DNA of 57,471 nucleotides from an uncultured Saprospiraceae bacterium. GTDB taxonomy: Bacteria > Bacteroidota > Bacteroidia > Chitinophagales > Saprospiraceae. Shown one piece after another: positions 1 to 10,146 of the stretch. The position numbers and the translations under genes are program-made. The stretch covers positions 1-57,471 of the forward strand of contig CALFYH010000088.1 in the NCBI GenBank assembly GCA_937952155.1, given 5' to 3'. Each line of letters starts with the position of its first letter. The stretch's first letter is position 1. Under the pieces are notes generated by a model. It ran no database searches. It was not told the origin of the DNA and worked only from the letters and a program-made list of their open reading frames with translations.

Positions 1-33
1 TGACTGGAGTTCAGACGTGTGCTCTTCCGATCT
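1..33. other. Illumina TruSeq-type adapter remnant (technical artefact, not biological)
   Basis: Bases 1-33 read TGACTGGAGTTCAGACGTGTGCTCTTCCGATCT. This is the Illumina read-2 adapter/sequencing-primer sequence minus its first G, and it sits exactly at the contig end. Confidence 0.9.
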
Positions 34-2622
34 ATCTACGCCACCATTGTTTTCGTAGGCATTCTCACCTGGATTTTCATAATTTTGAATTGTGATTGAA
101 AATCCTAATTCATTAAGCATGTATTCTTTGACGGACCACAGTGGTTTGTCTTCAAGTAGTACAATATTGTTTGTAATATCCGTAAGTTTCCAGACTGCGT
201 CTTCCTTATATTTACAGAAATCAAAATAATTATCCATTGTGCCTGTGATTTCCAGTCGGTATTTGTTCTTATTTATTTTTGTTACATCCGTTACCACAGC
301 TTGCAATGGTCCGTATCCTGTTTTGTAATTTACCTTTCCGTCGAAGTTCGGACTCAAGATTTTGTCATACATGTCGTCTTCCATCTTAAGAAATACATGT
401 GGATTGCCTTCACCAGAAATTCTTGTTACTTTGAGTTGTGGTACATTTTCATCGAGCGTAAATTTTGGAGCTATGGTGTACACTTTAAAGTTGTTTGTTC
501 CTTCGATATATGGTGTTTTTTGTCCCAAATTTTCGATACTGTCGAAATCCTTCCAATTATTATGTGCATAAGCCACAGCACAAAAATGATAATTTTTACT
601 ATTGATCAACGTCTTTTCTCCAGTAGCAAATAAATCTTCAGTAATATTATATGTATGTTGAAGCCCTTCATTTTCACCTTTAACTTTTAATACTTTTTGC
701 CAAATGTACTTTTCCGCACTTGCTGATGTATCAGGATTTAGGGACAAATTCCAATTATAAATATCTTGTACATTATTTTTGATATCGGTCTGCCCTACCA
801 ATCTTGCATATTGCGGATCATTAAGCTGATCTACTCTAACCTTTGCATTTGCAACTTGATATACTTTGTATCCTTCAAATCTGAATTTTGAATCCAAATT
901 GGGTCCAAGATTAGGAATGGTATAGGAAAAACCTTCATTAAAATTATTTGACTTTTTACCGTTCTCCAGTTTCAAAGTTAATGCTGCATTTTTCTGTTCG
1001 AATGTAATATCTGGTGCATCAGGCCCTGTAAAATATTCATTCAATAAACAATTATCAAATAAATCTTGTGCAATTCTATCGGCATATCTCAACTTAGTAA
1101 GGTCTGGACAAGGATATGGTACATCTAATACTGAAAAAACAGACAAAGTGAGTGTATTGGTTGTTCCTGGTGACATCAACATAGAACCAACGGACATTAA
1201 CATTCTTCTATCTTCTTTTGGCAAATTAGCAGTACACATAGACCAACCATTAGGATCATTTGGGTCATCGGGAAATGCAAATTTCGTAGTGTCTACACTT
1301 CCAGGATTATACCCATTACCTCCGAATGTCATTGGTGTCTTATCTAACCAATAGCCCTTCATATAACTATAAAACCCATCCTCTTTACCTCGTTGTGGAT
1401 CAGAAACAAACTGATCTCTTGGACTTTGATAAATAAAAGATGACATCTGACCTATGACCAAGGTATCCGCCCTTCCAGAAAATGGTTCGGGATCCATCAA
1501 TATTTTTTTCCCAGCCGCATCGTAAATAAAGTTACCATTAGCATCTCTTTTGAAAACTTTTACAACTTTCGGGCCTTGAACAAAGTCTATTCCAAGAATG
1601 GGTATTTCATCGCCATAAGTATTTATGCCTCCGCAACCACTATCTTCTCCATCAATGGCATCTTCATTGTAAATATATGCCATTCCTAATTCTGGGTCAC
1701 AACCTATGTAATCATCGGAATAACATCCTAAATCTGGATCAAGCCACCAACTAAAGTAACAGTCTATAAGTTCATCAGGTGACTTGTTTATCATTTTATA
1801 TTGGTAGAATGTCATATCATTGAGTTCGTTTGTGGTATTATAAGCAAAAGCATTTACTTGAAATTCCATTTGCATACTTTTTGGCCCAGAAAGCGTTTGT
1901 GTTCCGCCAGCATCATTAAAAATAAAAAAATTAATCTCAGTCGGAATTTTGTACTTTTCTTCTGAACATGAAGCAATATCTAAAATGGGATAATCACCTA
2001 AACAAGGATTATAGTGTCCATCATTATTCTGATCAAAATAATTAGCCAAAGGTTGATCTGGTAGTTTCCATCCGTATTTTTCTTCAAAAAATGGATTTCC
2101 TTGAGCTGGCCAATATAAAATGTCGTCTGAAATATTATTACAACTTAAAAATGTTTGGTTTTCCAAAGCTTCTTTATAGTTCTGTATATGCTGAAGGATA
2201 TTACTTCCTTTGACTGTGAAGATTTTGTCCCATTGACTACAATTTGTTGCTTCGGTTGTCCCTAGTATATCTAACGGCCCAGCAAAAAAATCAAAACCAT
2301 TGCTTTGATAAGCGGTGGCAGATAGCTTGATGGAGCCTGCTCGATCAACGCCACCCATCCACACTCCGCCACTATAAATGGCCGAAACAGGTGGAGACGC
2401 AGATGCAGGTGTAAAATAGTTTCCACTACTTTGATCATTATTAAACAAATGACCACCTGAAAATAATTTAGCCCTAACATTGTTCACTTGCATCTCGTAA
2501 GCAGCAACAGGTCTGACACAAGATGCCAACAATAAATCTGTTTTTTGTGGAGATGTAGCATTAACTCCTAGAGAAAGGCAAAAAAACCAGCCTATAATGA
2601 TGATTGATTTTAAATTTTTCAT
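34..2622 (-). CDS. large secreted hypothetical protein, N-terminal 863 codons (3' end truncated by contig end/adapter)
   Basis: Minus-strand ATG at 2620-2622. Manual translation starts MKNLKSIIIIGWFFCLSLGVNA (signal peptide). It continues through ...ILYWPAQGNPFFEEKYGWKLPDQPLANYFDQNNDGHYNPCLGDYPIL... and ...NEDAIDGEDSGCGGINTYGDE.... The frame has no stop before the window edge, which explains its absence from the ORF track. Only short opposite-strand or off-frame ORFs are listed across 301-2480. Confidence 0.75.
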
Positions 2623-2655
2623 CGTATTCTTTTTTAATTTGTTTTATATTCAGTC

Positions 2656-2663
2656 CAAATTTA
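2656..2663 (-). promoter_or_regulatory. candidate Bacteroidota -7 promoter box (TAnnTTTG)
   Basis: Plus strand reads CAAATTTA, which is TAAATTTG on the minus strand. It lies 33 nt upstream of the ATG at 2622. Confidence 0.35.
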
Positions 2664-2736
2664 ATGATAACATTCTATTAATCATTAAATTATTAGGATT
2701 TAATATCAAATCTGTACCTAAGGCGACTAAAATGCG

Positions 2737-2744
2737 TAATTTTG
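2737..2744 (+). promoter_or_regulatory. candidate Bacteroidota -7 promoter box (TAnnTTTG)
   Basis: TAATTTTG lies 17 nt upstream of the GTG start at 2762. Confidence 0.5.
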
Positions 2745-2761
2745 TTATAAATTATTAAAAC

Positions 2762-4528
2762 GTGCAGATAAAATTCAGCCTATTGATTGGTTTTTTTATA
2801 TCACTAATACAAACATCCGCTCAGGATATAAACATTCATAATATGATACAAAATCTGGAAATTCCTTTTGATAATAATACAAATCAGACGGCTACTTATG
2901 AAGAAATTCGGACATTTTATAATCATCTCAATAAGATGAATGAAATGGTCCAAGTGACAGATTTTGGGATGACAGACAGCGGGCATCCATTACAAGTAGT
3001 AGCCATAGATAAAGATGCTAATTTCTCTCCTGAGCAGATAAGAAAAGCTGGAAAAGCTATCGTTTGGATCAATAATGGAATCCATCCTGGAGAACCTGAT
3101 GGCATCGATGCTACAATGTTATTTGTAAGAGAGTTGATGACAAAAAATCCAAATTGGCTTGACCATGTAAGTCTTGTAATCATACCTGTGTACAATATTG
3201 ATGGATGTATAAATAGGGCCAGCCATAGTAGAGCTAATCAAAATGGACCTGAAGCTTATGGCTTTAGAGCCAATGCCAAAAATCTGGATCTCAATCGAGA
3301 TTTTATTAAATGTGATAGCAAAAATGCAGAAACTTTCAATCGTTTGTTTAATGAATGGAGCCCGGATATCATGATTGATACCCATACTTCTAATGGTGCT
3401 GATTATCAATATACAATGACGCTTATTGCCACCCAAAAAGACAAACTTCATCCTTTACTTGGTGACTTTCTTAGCCAAAAAATGTTGCCGGTTTTATATG
3501 ATGATATGAAGGCTGATGGGTGGGAAATGATACCTTATGTCAATACTAATGGCCTGCCTGAAACAGGGATTTACGGTTTTTTAGATAGTCCCAGATATTC
3601 ATCAGGTTATGCAGCACTACATCACACCATTAGTTTTATGCCAGAAACGCACATGCTCAAGCCTTACAAAGATCGGGTATTGAGCACAAAAGCCTTTATT
3701 GAAATATGTATAAAGTTTATATCAGAAAATCATAAAGACCTATTGCAAACCAGAAACAAGGTAAGAGAATTGATAAAAATGCAGGAAGATTTTGCACTTC
3801 AATATGCCCTAGACAAAAAGAAAAAAGACAGCATTCTATTTAAAGGTTATACAGCAGGTTATAAAAAAAGTCTGGTGAGCGGACAAGATCGGTTGTATTA
3901 TGACCGTAATAAACCTTGGGAAAAAAACATTAATTATTACAATCATTATATTCCAGAATTGACAATAAAAAAGCCAGTAGCTTATGTGATACCGCAAGCC
4001 TATGATCGAATCATCCAACTCATGAAGTGGAATGGTGTAAAAATTGAAACAATAGAAACCGATACACTGATGGATGTAGAGATGTATAGAATAGAAAAAT
4101 ATGAGACAAGCAAGTCGCCCTACGAAGGACATTATCCACATTCTCAGACCAAAGTTTCAGCATTTCAAACAACAAAAAAATGTTATAAAGGTGATTTTAT
4201 GATCACGACAAATCAAGAATCCAATAGATATATTGTAGAAACCTTGGAGCCACAAGCTCCGGACAGTTATTTCAATTGGAATTTTTTTGACGGAATATTA
4301 TCCCAAAAAGAATATTATTCGGATTATGTTTTTGAAGATTCAGCTGATGAAATTTTGGAAAATGACCCAGATTTAAGGCATCGCTTGGATCAAAATCGCC
4401 AGATGGATACCAAATTTGCCAATGATGCAAGAGCCCAATTGGATTTTGTGTACAAAAACTCAGCATATTATGAACCAACCTTTATGCTCTATCCAGTTGC
4501 AAGAATTTTAAATCAAAAAACCAAGTAG
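2762..4528 (+). CDS. M14 family zinc carboxypeptidase, secreted
   Basis: 588-aa ORF with signal peptide MQIKFSLLIGFFISLIQTSAQ. M14 motifs are present: NNGIHPGEPDG (HxxE zinc ligands), NLDLNRDF and DTHTSNGADY (distal His). The GTG start is forced, because the first in-frame ATG lies after the signal peptide. Confidence 0.85.
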   Translation: MQIKFSLLIGFFISLIQTSAQDINIHNMIQNLEIPFDNNTNQTATYEEIRTFYNHLNKMNEMVQVTDFGMTDSGHPLQVVAIDKDANFSPEQIRKAGKAIVWINNGIHPGEPDGIDATMLFVRELMTKNPNWLDHVSLVIIPVYNIDGCINRASHSRANQNGPEAYGFRANAKNLDLNRDFIKCDSKNAETFNRLFNEWSPDIMIDTHTSNGADYQYTMTLIATQKDKLHPLLGDFLSQKMLPVLYDDMKADGWEMIPYVNTNGLPETGIYGFLDSPRYSSGYAALHHTISFMPETHMLKPYKDRVLSTKAFIEICIKFISENHKDLLQTRNKVRELIKMQEDFALQYALDKKKKDSILFKGYTAGYKKSLVSGQDRLYYDRNKPWEKNINYYNHYIPELTIKKPVAYVIPQAYDRIIQLMKWNGVKIETIETDTLMDVEMYRIEKYETSKSPYEGHYPHSQTKVSAFQTTKKCYKGDFMITTNQESNRYIVETLEPQAPDSYFNWNFFDGILSQKEYYSDYVFEDSADEILENDPDLRHRLDQNRQMDTKFANDARAQLDFVYKNSAYYEPTFMLYPVARILNQKTK

Positions 4529-4530
4529 TC

Positions 4531-5403
4531 ATGCGTGTAGCTGGATTTACGTTTATAAAAAATGCAATCTTGTATGATTATCCGATTTATGAATCCATTT
4601 CTTCTATTCTTCCTCTCTGCGACGAATTGGTGGTAGCTGTCGGCAAAAGTGATGATGCCACGCTTGAGCTGATCAAATCTATAAATTCGCCAAAAATTCA
4701 AATTATTGAGACCATCTGGGACGAAAGCCAGAGAGAAGGAGGCCGAGTTTTGGCCCTAGAGACCGATAAAGCATTTCAGGCCATAAGTGATAAGGCAGAT
4801 TGGTGTTTTTATATCCAAGGTGATGAAGTCATTCATGAAGATGATTATGATAATATCAGGAATGCTATGGCAAAATACAAGGATGATCCTAAAATAGATG
4901 GATTATTATTCGAATATTGTCATCTATACGGTTCGTACGATTATATGGCTACTTCATCTGGTTGGTATAGAAATGAAATCCGGATTGTCAAAAACAATAA
5001 GCGCATTTATTCGTTTAGAGATGCCCAAGGATTTCGTAAGGATAACAATAAAAAGCTGTGTGTCGCAAAAACAGGTGCAACTGTGTATCATTACGGTTGG
5101 GTAAAGCCACCATCTAAGATGCAAGCCAAACAAAAATCCTTTCAGAAACTGTGGCATAATGACCAATGGGTTTCAACCCATGTCGCCGATTCAGATGAGT
5201 TTGATTATAGCGGAATTGATGTTTTGGAGCCATTCAATGGTACACATCCGTTGGTTATGCAGGAAAGAATTGCTTCAAAAAACTGGAAATTTGACAGAGA
5301 TATCTCTCAAAATCGTAAAACAGTCAAAGAGACTGTCAAAAAGTGGTTTAGGCAGTATTTAGGTTTGGATTTTACCTATAAAAATTATATTCTGAAAAAA
5401 TAA
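4531..5403 (+). CDS. glycosyltransferase family 2-like protein
   Basis: 290-aa ORF starting 2 nt after the M14 stop. The N-terminus FTFIKNAILYDYPIYESISSILPLCDELVVAVGKSDD and the QGDEVIHEDD acidic motif resemble a conserved Bacteroidota GT2-like family. Assignment is by recollection only. Confidence 0.55.
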   Translation: MRVAGFTFIKNAILYDYPIYESISSILPLCDELVVAVGKSDDATLELIKSINSPKIQIIETIWDESQREGGRVLALETDKAFQAISDKADWCFYIQGDEVIHEDDYDNIRNAMAKYKDDPKIDGLLFEYCHLYGSYDYMATSSGWYRNEIRIVKNNKRIYSFRDAQGFRKDNNKKLCVAKTGATVYHYGWVKPPSKMQAKQKSFQKLWHNDQWVSTHVADSDEFDYSGIDVLEPFNGTHPLVMQERIASKNWKFDRDISQNRKTVKETVKKWFRQYLGLDFTYKNYILKK

Positions 5404-5420
5404 CAGGTGCGAAGTCGAGC

Positions 5421-5885
5421 CTATAGCTTTATCTTTTTTAATCGATCCATGTCTCTTTTACTGTCTCGTTCTTTGATACTTTCACGTTTATCAAAAGCTT
5501 TTTTACCTTGTGCAAGCGCCACTTCTAGTTTCGCAAAACCTCGTTCGGTAAAGAACAGTCTGTATGGAACAATCGTCAGTCCTTTTTCGGTAACTCTTCT
5601 TTCCAATTTGTGCAACTCAGATTTGTGTAGTAAAAGTCGCCTATCTCTACGGGCATCGTGATTGTAAATAGTACCATGATCATACTCTGCGATAAACAAA
5701 CTTTTTACTGTCAAATTGCCATTATCGAAAAGACAATAAGCATCATTTAGGTTGGCCAATCCTTGTCTCAATGCCTTCACTTCAGTTCCGGTCAATACCA
5801 AGCCTGCTTCAAACATCTGAATGAAACTATATTCAAATTTGGCCTTTCGGTTTACTATTTCCTTGGTGACAATCTTTGTTCCCAT
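5421..5885 (-). CDS. smpB: SsrA-binding protein SmpB
   Basis: 154 aa. It contains NRKAKFEY, GTEVKALRQG and the C-terminal GKKAFDKRESIKERD tail typical of SmpB. Confidence 0.95.
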   Translation of the reverse strand: MGTKIVTKEIVNRKAKFEYSFIQMFEAGLVLTGTEVKALRQGLANLNDAYCLFDNGNLTVKSLFIAEYDHGTIYNHDARRDRRLLLHKSELHKLERRVTEKGLTIVPYRLFFTERGFAKLEVALAQGKKAFDKRESIKERDSKRDMDRLKKIKL

Positions 5886-5908
5886 ACCTCGTGAACTGAT
5901 AAAGTGTG

Positions 5909-5916
5909 CAAAGATA
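5909..5916 (-). promoter_or_regulatory. candidate -7 promoter box (TAnnTTTG) for smpB
   Basis: Plus strand reads CAAAGATA, which is TATCTTTG on the minus strand. It lies 23 nt upstream of the smpB ATG (5885). Confidence 0.45.
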
Positions 5917-5949
5917 AGAAAATTTTGAGTTGGATTGCCGAAAAATATC

Positions 5950-5957
5950 TAATTTTG
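5950..5957 (+). promoter_or_regulatory. candidate -7 promoter box (TAnnTTTG) for the HEAT-cyclophilin gene
   Basis: TAATTTTG lies 24 nt upstream of the ATG at 5982, divergent from the smpB box. Confidence 0.45.
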
Positions 5958-5981
5958 AACCTTTAATATATACACAATACG

Positions 5982-7991
5982 ATGAAATCACCCAGATTAT
6001 TAGTAATTTTCCTATGTATTTATGGTTTTTTGATGGAGTCATGTGTTCCTGATACAAAAACGAAGGTGACAGAAATTCATCTTTCGGTCAACGATAAAGA
6101 AATTCAGAAAATTCTCACCTTACAAGACAATCAAGATACAAAGGCGCTGTATCCATATTTTAGAAGTGAAAATCCTACAGAACGGTACATGGCTGTTTTG
6201 GCGTTTGCTTCTATAAAAAACATAGATTCGAAGGATTCTTTAATCCTCATGTTGCAAGATCCTGTGATGCAGGTACGTGCAGCAGCAGCTTATGCATTGG
6301 GGCAAACAGGTGACACAAAAGTGACTGACAGATTGATAAGTGCCTTCAGAGGCAAAGATACTTTAGAAGTAAACAATCTTTGTAATGCGAATATCCTTGA
6401 AGCAGTAGGAAAGACAGGAAATCTCGCAGATCTCAAAGCCTTGGCTACCGTCAAAACCTATCGAAGCACAGATACTTTGTTGCTATTAGGACAAGCAAGA
6501 GCAATATTTAGAATGGCTTTACGCAATATTGCATCTGATGAAGGTACCTCCAGAATGGTGGACTTATTATATACATCAGCTATACCTTTGCAAGTAAAAA
6601 TCATTGCAGCCCAATATTTTGCAAGAGCAAAAGATATCAACCTAAATCTCTCTAAGGTAAGGCTCACAGAAATTTTCAACAAAGAACGAAACCCTGATAT
6701 ACGTATGGCCTTAGCTACGGGATTCGGCAAGAGCAAAGATCTAGAGTTTTTACCGGCACTAAAGACGGCATTGGTTACGGAAACAGATTATCGGGTAAAA
6801 TGCAATATCCTAAAAGCTTTGACCAATTTTCCATATGCAGAAATTAAGGAATCAGTATTTAACAATTTAAAAAGTGATAATTTGCACGTTGCCATAAGTG
6901 CTGCTACTGTATTGCAAACAAATGGTTTCATAGAAGACGTTCCATTATATGCTAGTTTTGATACCGTTACGACACCTTGGCAAGTACGTGCTTTGATGAA
7001 TGGCGCCGTCCTTACCCATACTGCATTGTATTTTACGAAGAGCAAGGTAGCCTTTACGGAAAGAATTCGAAAGAATATGAAGGATGCTGACTCACCATAT
7101 GAAAAAGCAGCATATGTCAACGCTATTAGCAAAGATCCATACAATTATGCCTTGTTAGGTCAAATTTACAGCAGTGAAAAAGATCCAATTATAAAAATTA
7201 CTGCTTTGGAAGGAATAGGCAATATTTTGAAAAACCCATTATTTTTCAAGGCTTTTGGCAATGGATTTGGAAAGGTAAAGGCTGAAATACTCAATATACT
7301 TGCAGCCGCTATTTCATCAGGAGATGCTGGACAAATCGCCACAGCTTCGATTATTTTAAAAGATCCTGAATTGGCATGGAAAGAGTGGCTGAAAGACTTG
7401 ACTTTTATGAAAGATGCGGCGGCCAAACTTAAACTTCCTCAAGAAATAGAGACGTATAACGAACTCAATTCTTGCATAGCTTATCTAGAAGGTAAAGAAT
7501 ACAAACCGAAGACGCCAGAATTAAATCATCCTATTGACTGGACCATCTTATCCACCGTCGGAGATTCGAGTATAGCGGCAATCAAAACGTCTCAAGGCTT
7601 GATCAGAGTAAAGTTGTATAAAAATATGGCTCCTGGTACAGTGGCTAATTTTGTGGATTTGATCAATAAGAAATATTATAATGGCAAAATATTTCACCGT
7701 GTAGTTCCAAATTTTGTGATTCAAACTGGATGTCCTCGTGGTGATGGGTATGGCTCAGCCGATTACTCTATCCGATCCGAATTGCCCCAAATATATTATG
7801 ATGGTGAAGGATACATCGGTATGGCTTCAGCCGGCAATCATACAGAAAGTACCCAATGGTTTATAACACATTCAGCCACGCCACATTTAGATGGCAACTA
7901 TACCATATTTGGAAAAGTAGTAGAAGGTATGGATGTGGTGCATAAAATACAACAAGGTGATAAAATCAATGATATCATCTTTGTAAAATAA
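5982..7991 (+). CDS. HEAT-repeat / cyclophilin-type peptidyl-prolyl cis-trans isomerase fusion (probable lipoprotein)
   Basis: 669 aa. The N-terminal signal contains a Cys (FLMESC). About 500 aa of HEAT-like repeats follow (e.g. LQDPVMQVRAAAAYALGQTGD). The C-terminal cyclophilin domain carries FHRVVPNFVIQTGCPRGDGYG, GMASAGNHTESTQWFIT and LDGNYTIFGKVVEGMDVV. Confidence 0.85.
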   Translation: MKSPRLLVIFLCIYGFLMESCVPDTKTKVTEIHLSVNDKEIQKILTLQDNQDTKALYPYFRSENPTERYMAVLAFASIKNIDSKDSLILMLQDPVMQVRAAAAYALGQTGDTKVTDRLISAFRGKDTLEVNNLCNANILEAVGKTGNLADLKALATVKTYRSTDTLLLLGQARAIFRMALRNIASDEGTSRMVDLLYTSAIPLQVKIIAAQYFARAKDINLNLSKVRLTEIFNKERNPDIRMALATGFGKSKDLEFLPALKTALVTETDYRVKCNILKALTNFPYAEIKESVFNNLKSDNLHVAISAATVLQTNGFIEDVPLYASFDTVTTPWQVRALMNGAVLTHTALYFTKSKVAFTERIRKNMKDADSPYEKAAYVNAISKDPYNYALLGQIYSSEKDPIIKITALEGIGNILKNPLFFKAFGNGFGKVKAEILNILAAAISSGDAGQIATASIILKDPELAWKEWLKDLTFMKDAAAKLKLPQEIETYNELNSCIAYLEGKEYKPKTPELNHPIDWTILSTVGDSSIAAIKTSQGLIRVKLYKNMAPGTVANFVDLINKKYYNGKIFHRVVPNFVIQTGCPRGDGYGSADYSIRSELPQIYYDGEGYIGMASAGNHTESTQWFITHSATPHLDGNYTIFGKVVEGMDVVHKIQQGDKINDIIFVK

Positions 7992-8017
7992 GCGAAATAA
8001 AGAATTGTGAAATAAAA

Positions 8018-8638
8018 TCACAATATTCTATAGGCTACACCAAACTGAAAATTTTGGAGTCTAGTTCGTAAATCAAGTGATTCTCCAAATTGGTTTGTAA
8101 GTTCCAAATTATAAAAATCGACCAAACTACCAGCAAATTGTAGGTGTACAGACAATTTATTCATTGGAAAAACGCGCAAACCCACAAGATATGAAGCATC
8201 CGTCGGAGTGGATATTTCAATTTCTGCCTTCTGCCAAGCATCCTCTACCTTGAATGACTCTGACAATCGAAACCCAAGTCCCAATCCAGCATATACAGAT
8301 ATAGGATTTGCGATTTTATACTGAACTTGTGGCAAAAGGTCGAAATATTGTATCCTTAGATCGCTAGATTCATTATTATTAGAATCGTTTTGGAAATACC
8401 CTTTACGTGAAAATTGGACATCAATACCTACGGACCATCTATCTGAGAGTTTGAATTCAGGTCTTACCGATAAAAAATAATTGGTAGCTGCTTCTGTTTT
8501 TATCCAAGTAAATCCTTCAGGAATATCGTCTACATTGATATTTGATAGATTCAAGCCTGCTCCTCCATGTAATTGAAATTGCGAGTGCGCATTTGTAACC
8601 ATATAGAAACAAAAAATAAGAGACATTATGTATTTCAT
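8018..8638 (-). CDS. small outer-membrane beta-barrel protein (porin/OmpW-like family)
   Basis: 206 aa with signal peptide MKYIMSLIFCFYMVTNAHSQ. It has alternating hydrophobic beta-strand patterning and a C-terminal FQFGVAYRIL with a terminal aromatic/hydrophobic motif. Confidence 0.6.
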   Translation of the reverse strand: MKYIMSLIFCFYMVTNAHSQFQLHGGAGLNLSNINVDDIPEGFTWIKTEAATNYFLSVRPEFKLSDRWSVGIDVQFSRKGYFQNDSNNNESSDLRIQYFDLLPQVQYKIANPISVYAGLGLGFRLSESFKVEDAWQKAEIEISTPTDASYLVGLRVFPMNKLSVHLQFAGSLVDFYNLELTNQFGESLDLRTRLQNFQFGVAYRIL

Positions 8639-8722
8639 TGCAATTGTTTTTAGATTAGTATGAAAACGACCTTTCTAAATTTTTATTGCTATGAAAAATG
8701 TTAATGCTTGTTGCTGCTGCTC

Positions 8723-9397
8723 TTATCCTTTTTGTGGTCTGAATGGGTTAGCCCAATAAACTAATGGTCTGACTTTTTTTGTTTGAATCCAAATTTTGCC
8801 TGAGCCTCTGAATTTAGCTACAAGTCCTTCTCCTGAGAGAAATAATGATCGATATCCGCCGATGGTCGTTATTTCATATTCCAAGCCTTCTGTAAATCCG
8901 ACAATATTACCGGTATCTACCACGTATCCATCATTAACATCAAGTTCTATAATAGCACCATAACTATTGAAAAACAAGTCACCACGTCCACTACATTTTA
9001 TCAAAAATAGTCCTTCACCAGAGAAGAAACCTTTCATAAGGCCTTGAAATTTTGACTCAACCACGACATCGGTTGACGATGCCAAAAAGCCAGAATTTTG
9101 CAAAAATATTGCTTGGTTTCCGTCTAAATAAACATGCTTTATGTCTCCTGGCATCGATGGTGCGATACCAATTCTTCCAGATCCATTTTTTGTTTTGAAT
9201 TCATTTATAAAGATAGATTCTCCCGTTAAAAACCGCGATAATCCGCCTTTAAACTTCGTTTTCATCTCTATGTTTGTATCCATTGTCGCCATGGACGAAG
9301 CTTCCACCTTGATAATGGTATCCTGAGGCAACTTGACATCAATGAATGCATAATCTGGTGCGCCTTCTATGGTATATTGTAATGAGGTATGTTCCAT
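8723..9397 (-). CDS. AIM24/TIGR00266 (DUF124) family protein, paralogue 3
   Basis: 224 aa. It carries the motifs shared with the two upstream paralogues: TGESIFINEF, FSGEGLFLIKCSGRGDL, VVDTGNIVGFTEGLE and LSGEGLVAKFRGSGKIWIQT. Confidence 0.85.
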   Translation of the reverse strand: MEHTSLQYTIEGAPDYAFIDVKLPQDTIIKVEASSMATMDTNIEMKTKFKGGLSRFLTGESIFINEFKTKNGSGRIGIAPSMPGDIKHVYLDGNQAIFLQNSGFLASSTDVVVESKFQGLMKGFFSGEGLFLIKCSGRGDLFFNSYGAIIELDVNDGYVVDTGNIVGFTEGLEYEITTIGGYRSLFLSGEGLVAKFRGSGKIWIQTKKVRPLVYWANPFRPQKG

Positions 9398-9431
9398 TTA
9401 AATTTTACTTAAGTGATTTTGAATAGTATAT

Positions 9432-10118
9432 TTAACTTTTTATGGCCTTTAGATGTGGTGCGATTTGCTGGCCGAAACTTGTGGATGAATGAGATTGACA
9501 CCAAATGCGTCCTTTACCTTTAAATTTGCAAACAATACCTTCACCACCGAGTATGGATGATAACCAACTTTCTCCAGCTTTGCTCAAAGTGAAATTTAAG
9601 CCTTCCTCATACGCTACAATATGTCCAGTGTCTATAATGTATTCACCATCTACATCAATACTATATATCACACCGAATGCATTGATGATTGCTTTGCCTT
9701 GACCACTAAGTTCTACCCAAAACAAACTCTCACCTGAAAGCAGATTTTTGGCTCCTTGCCACACGGTCTCTAGGTGAACGTCTTCAGATGATGCCACATA
9801 ACTACCGCCTTGAACATATATCTTATTTCCAGTAAGGTCGAGGATTTCCATATCGCCCGGAAGGCTAGTACCAAGATAAATAGTTCCTGAGCCTTGTTTT
9901 GCTGTAAAATGATTGAAAAATATACTTTCTTGTGCAAAGATTCTTTTTACCCCAGACATCAGTCCACCTCCACCTTTTTTGCTCTTTGTAGTTGTATATA
10001 TGTCTACGTTTGAGCTCATGGCGATCATTGCTCCGCCTTCTGCTGTGATGGTTTCATTTTCATCAAGGCGTATCTTTGCGGCTGTAGATCCGGGATTATA
10101 TTCTAAAGAAATGTCCAT
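9432..10118 (-). CDS. AIM24/TIGR00266 (DUF124) family protein, paralogue 2
   Basis: 228 aa with AQESIFFNHF, LSGESLFWVELSGQGKA, IIDTGHIVAYEEGLN and LGGEGIVCKFKGKGRIWCQS. Confidence 0.85.
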   Translation of the reverse strand: MDISLEYNPGSTAAKIRLDENETITAEGGAMIAMSSNVDIYTTTKSKKGGGGLMSGVKRIFAQESIFFNHFTAKQGSGTIYLGTSLPGDMEILDLTGNKIYVQGGSYVASSEDVHLETVWQGAKNLLSGESLFWVELSGQGKAIINAFGVIYSIDVDGEYIIDTGHIVAYEEGLNFTLSKAGESWLSSILGGEGIVCKFKGKGRIWCQSHSSTSFGQQIAPHLKAIKS

Positions 10119-10146
10119 TTTGGTTTAGTGTTTTGTAGTAAAAAAA

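Noticed and set aside
301-2480. Short ORFs listed by the track (110, 69, 68 and 69 aa) in the first 2.5 kb
   Set aside because: They overlap the 863-codon open minus-strand frame, which has a signal peptide and a coherent sequence. The short ORFs are opposite-strand or off-frame by-products.
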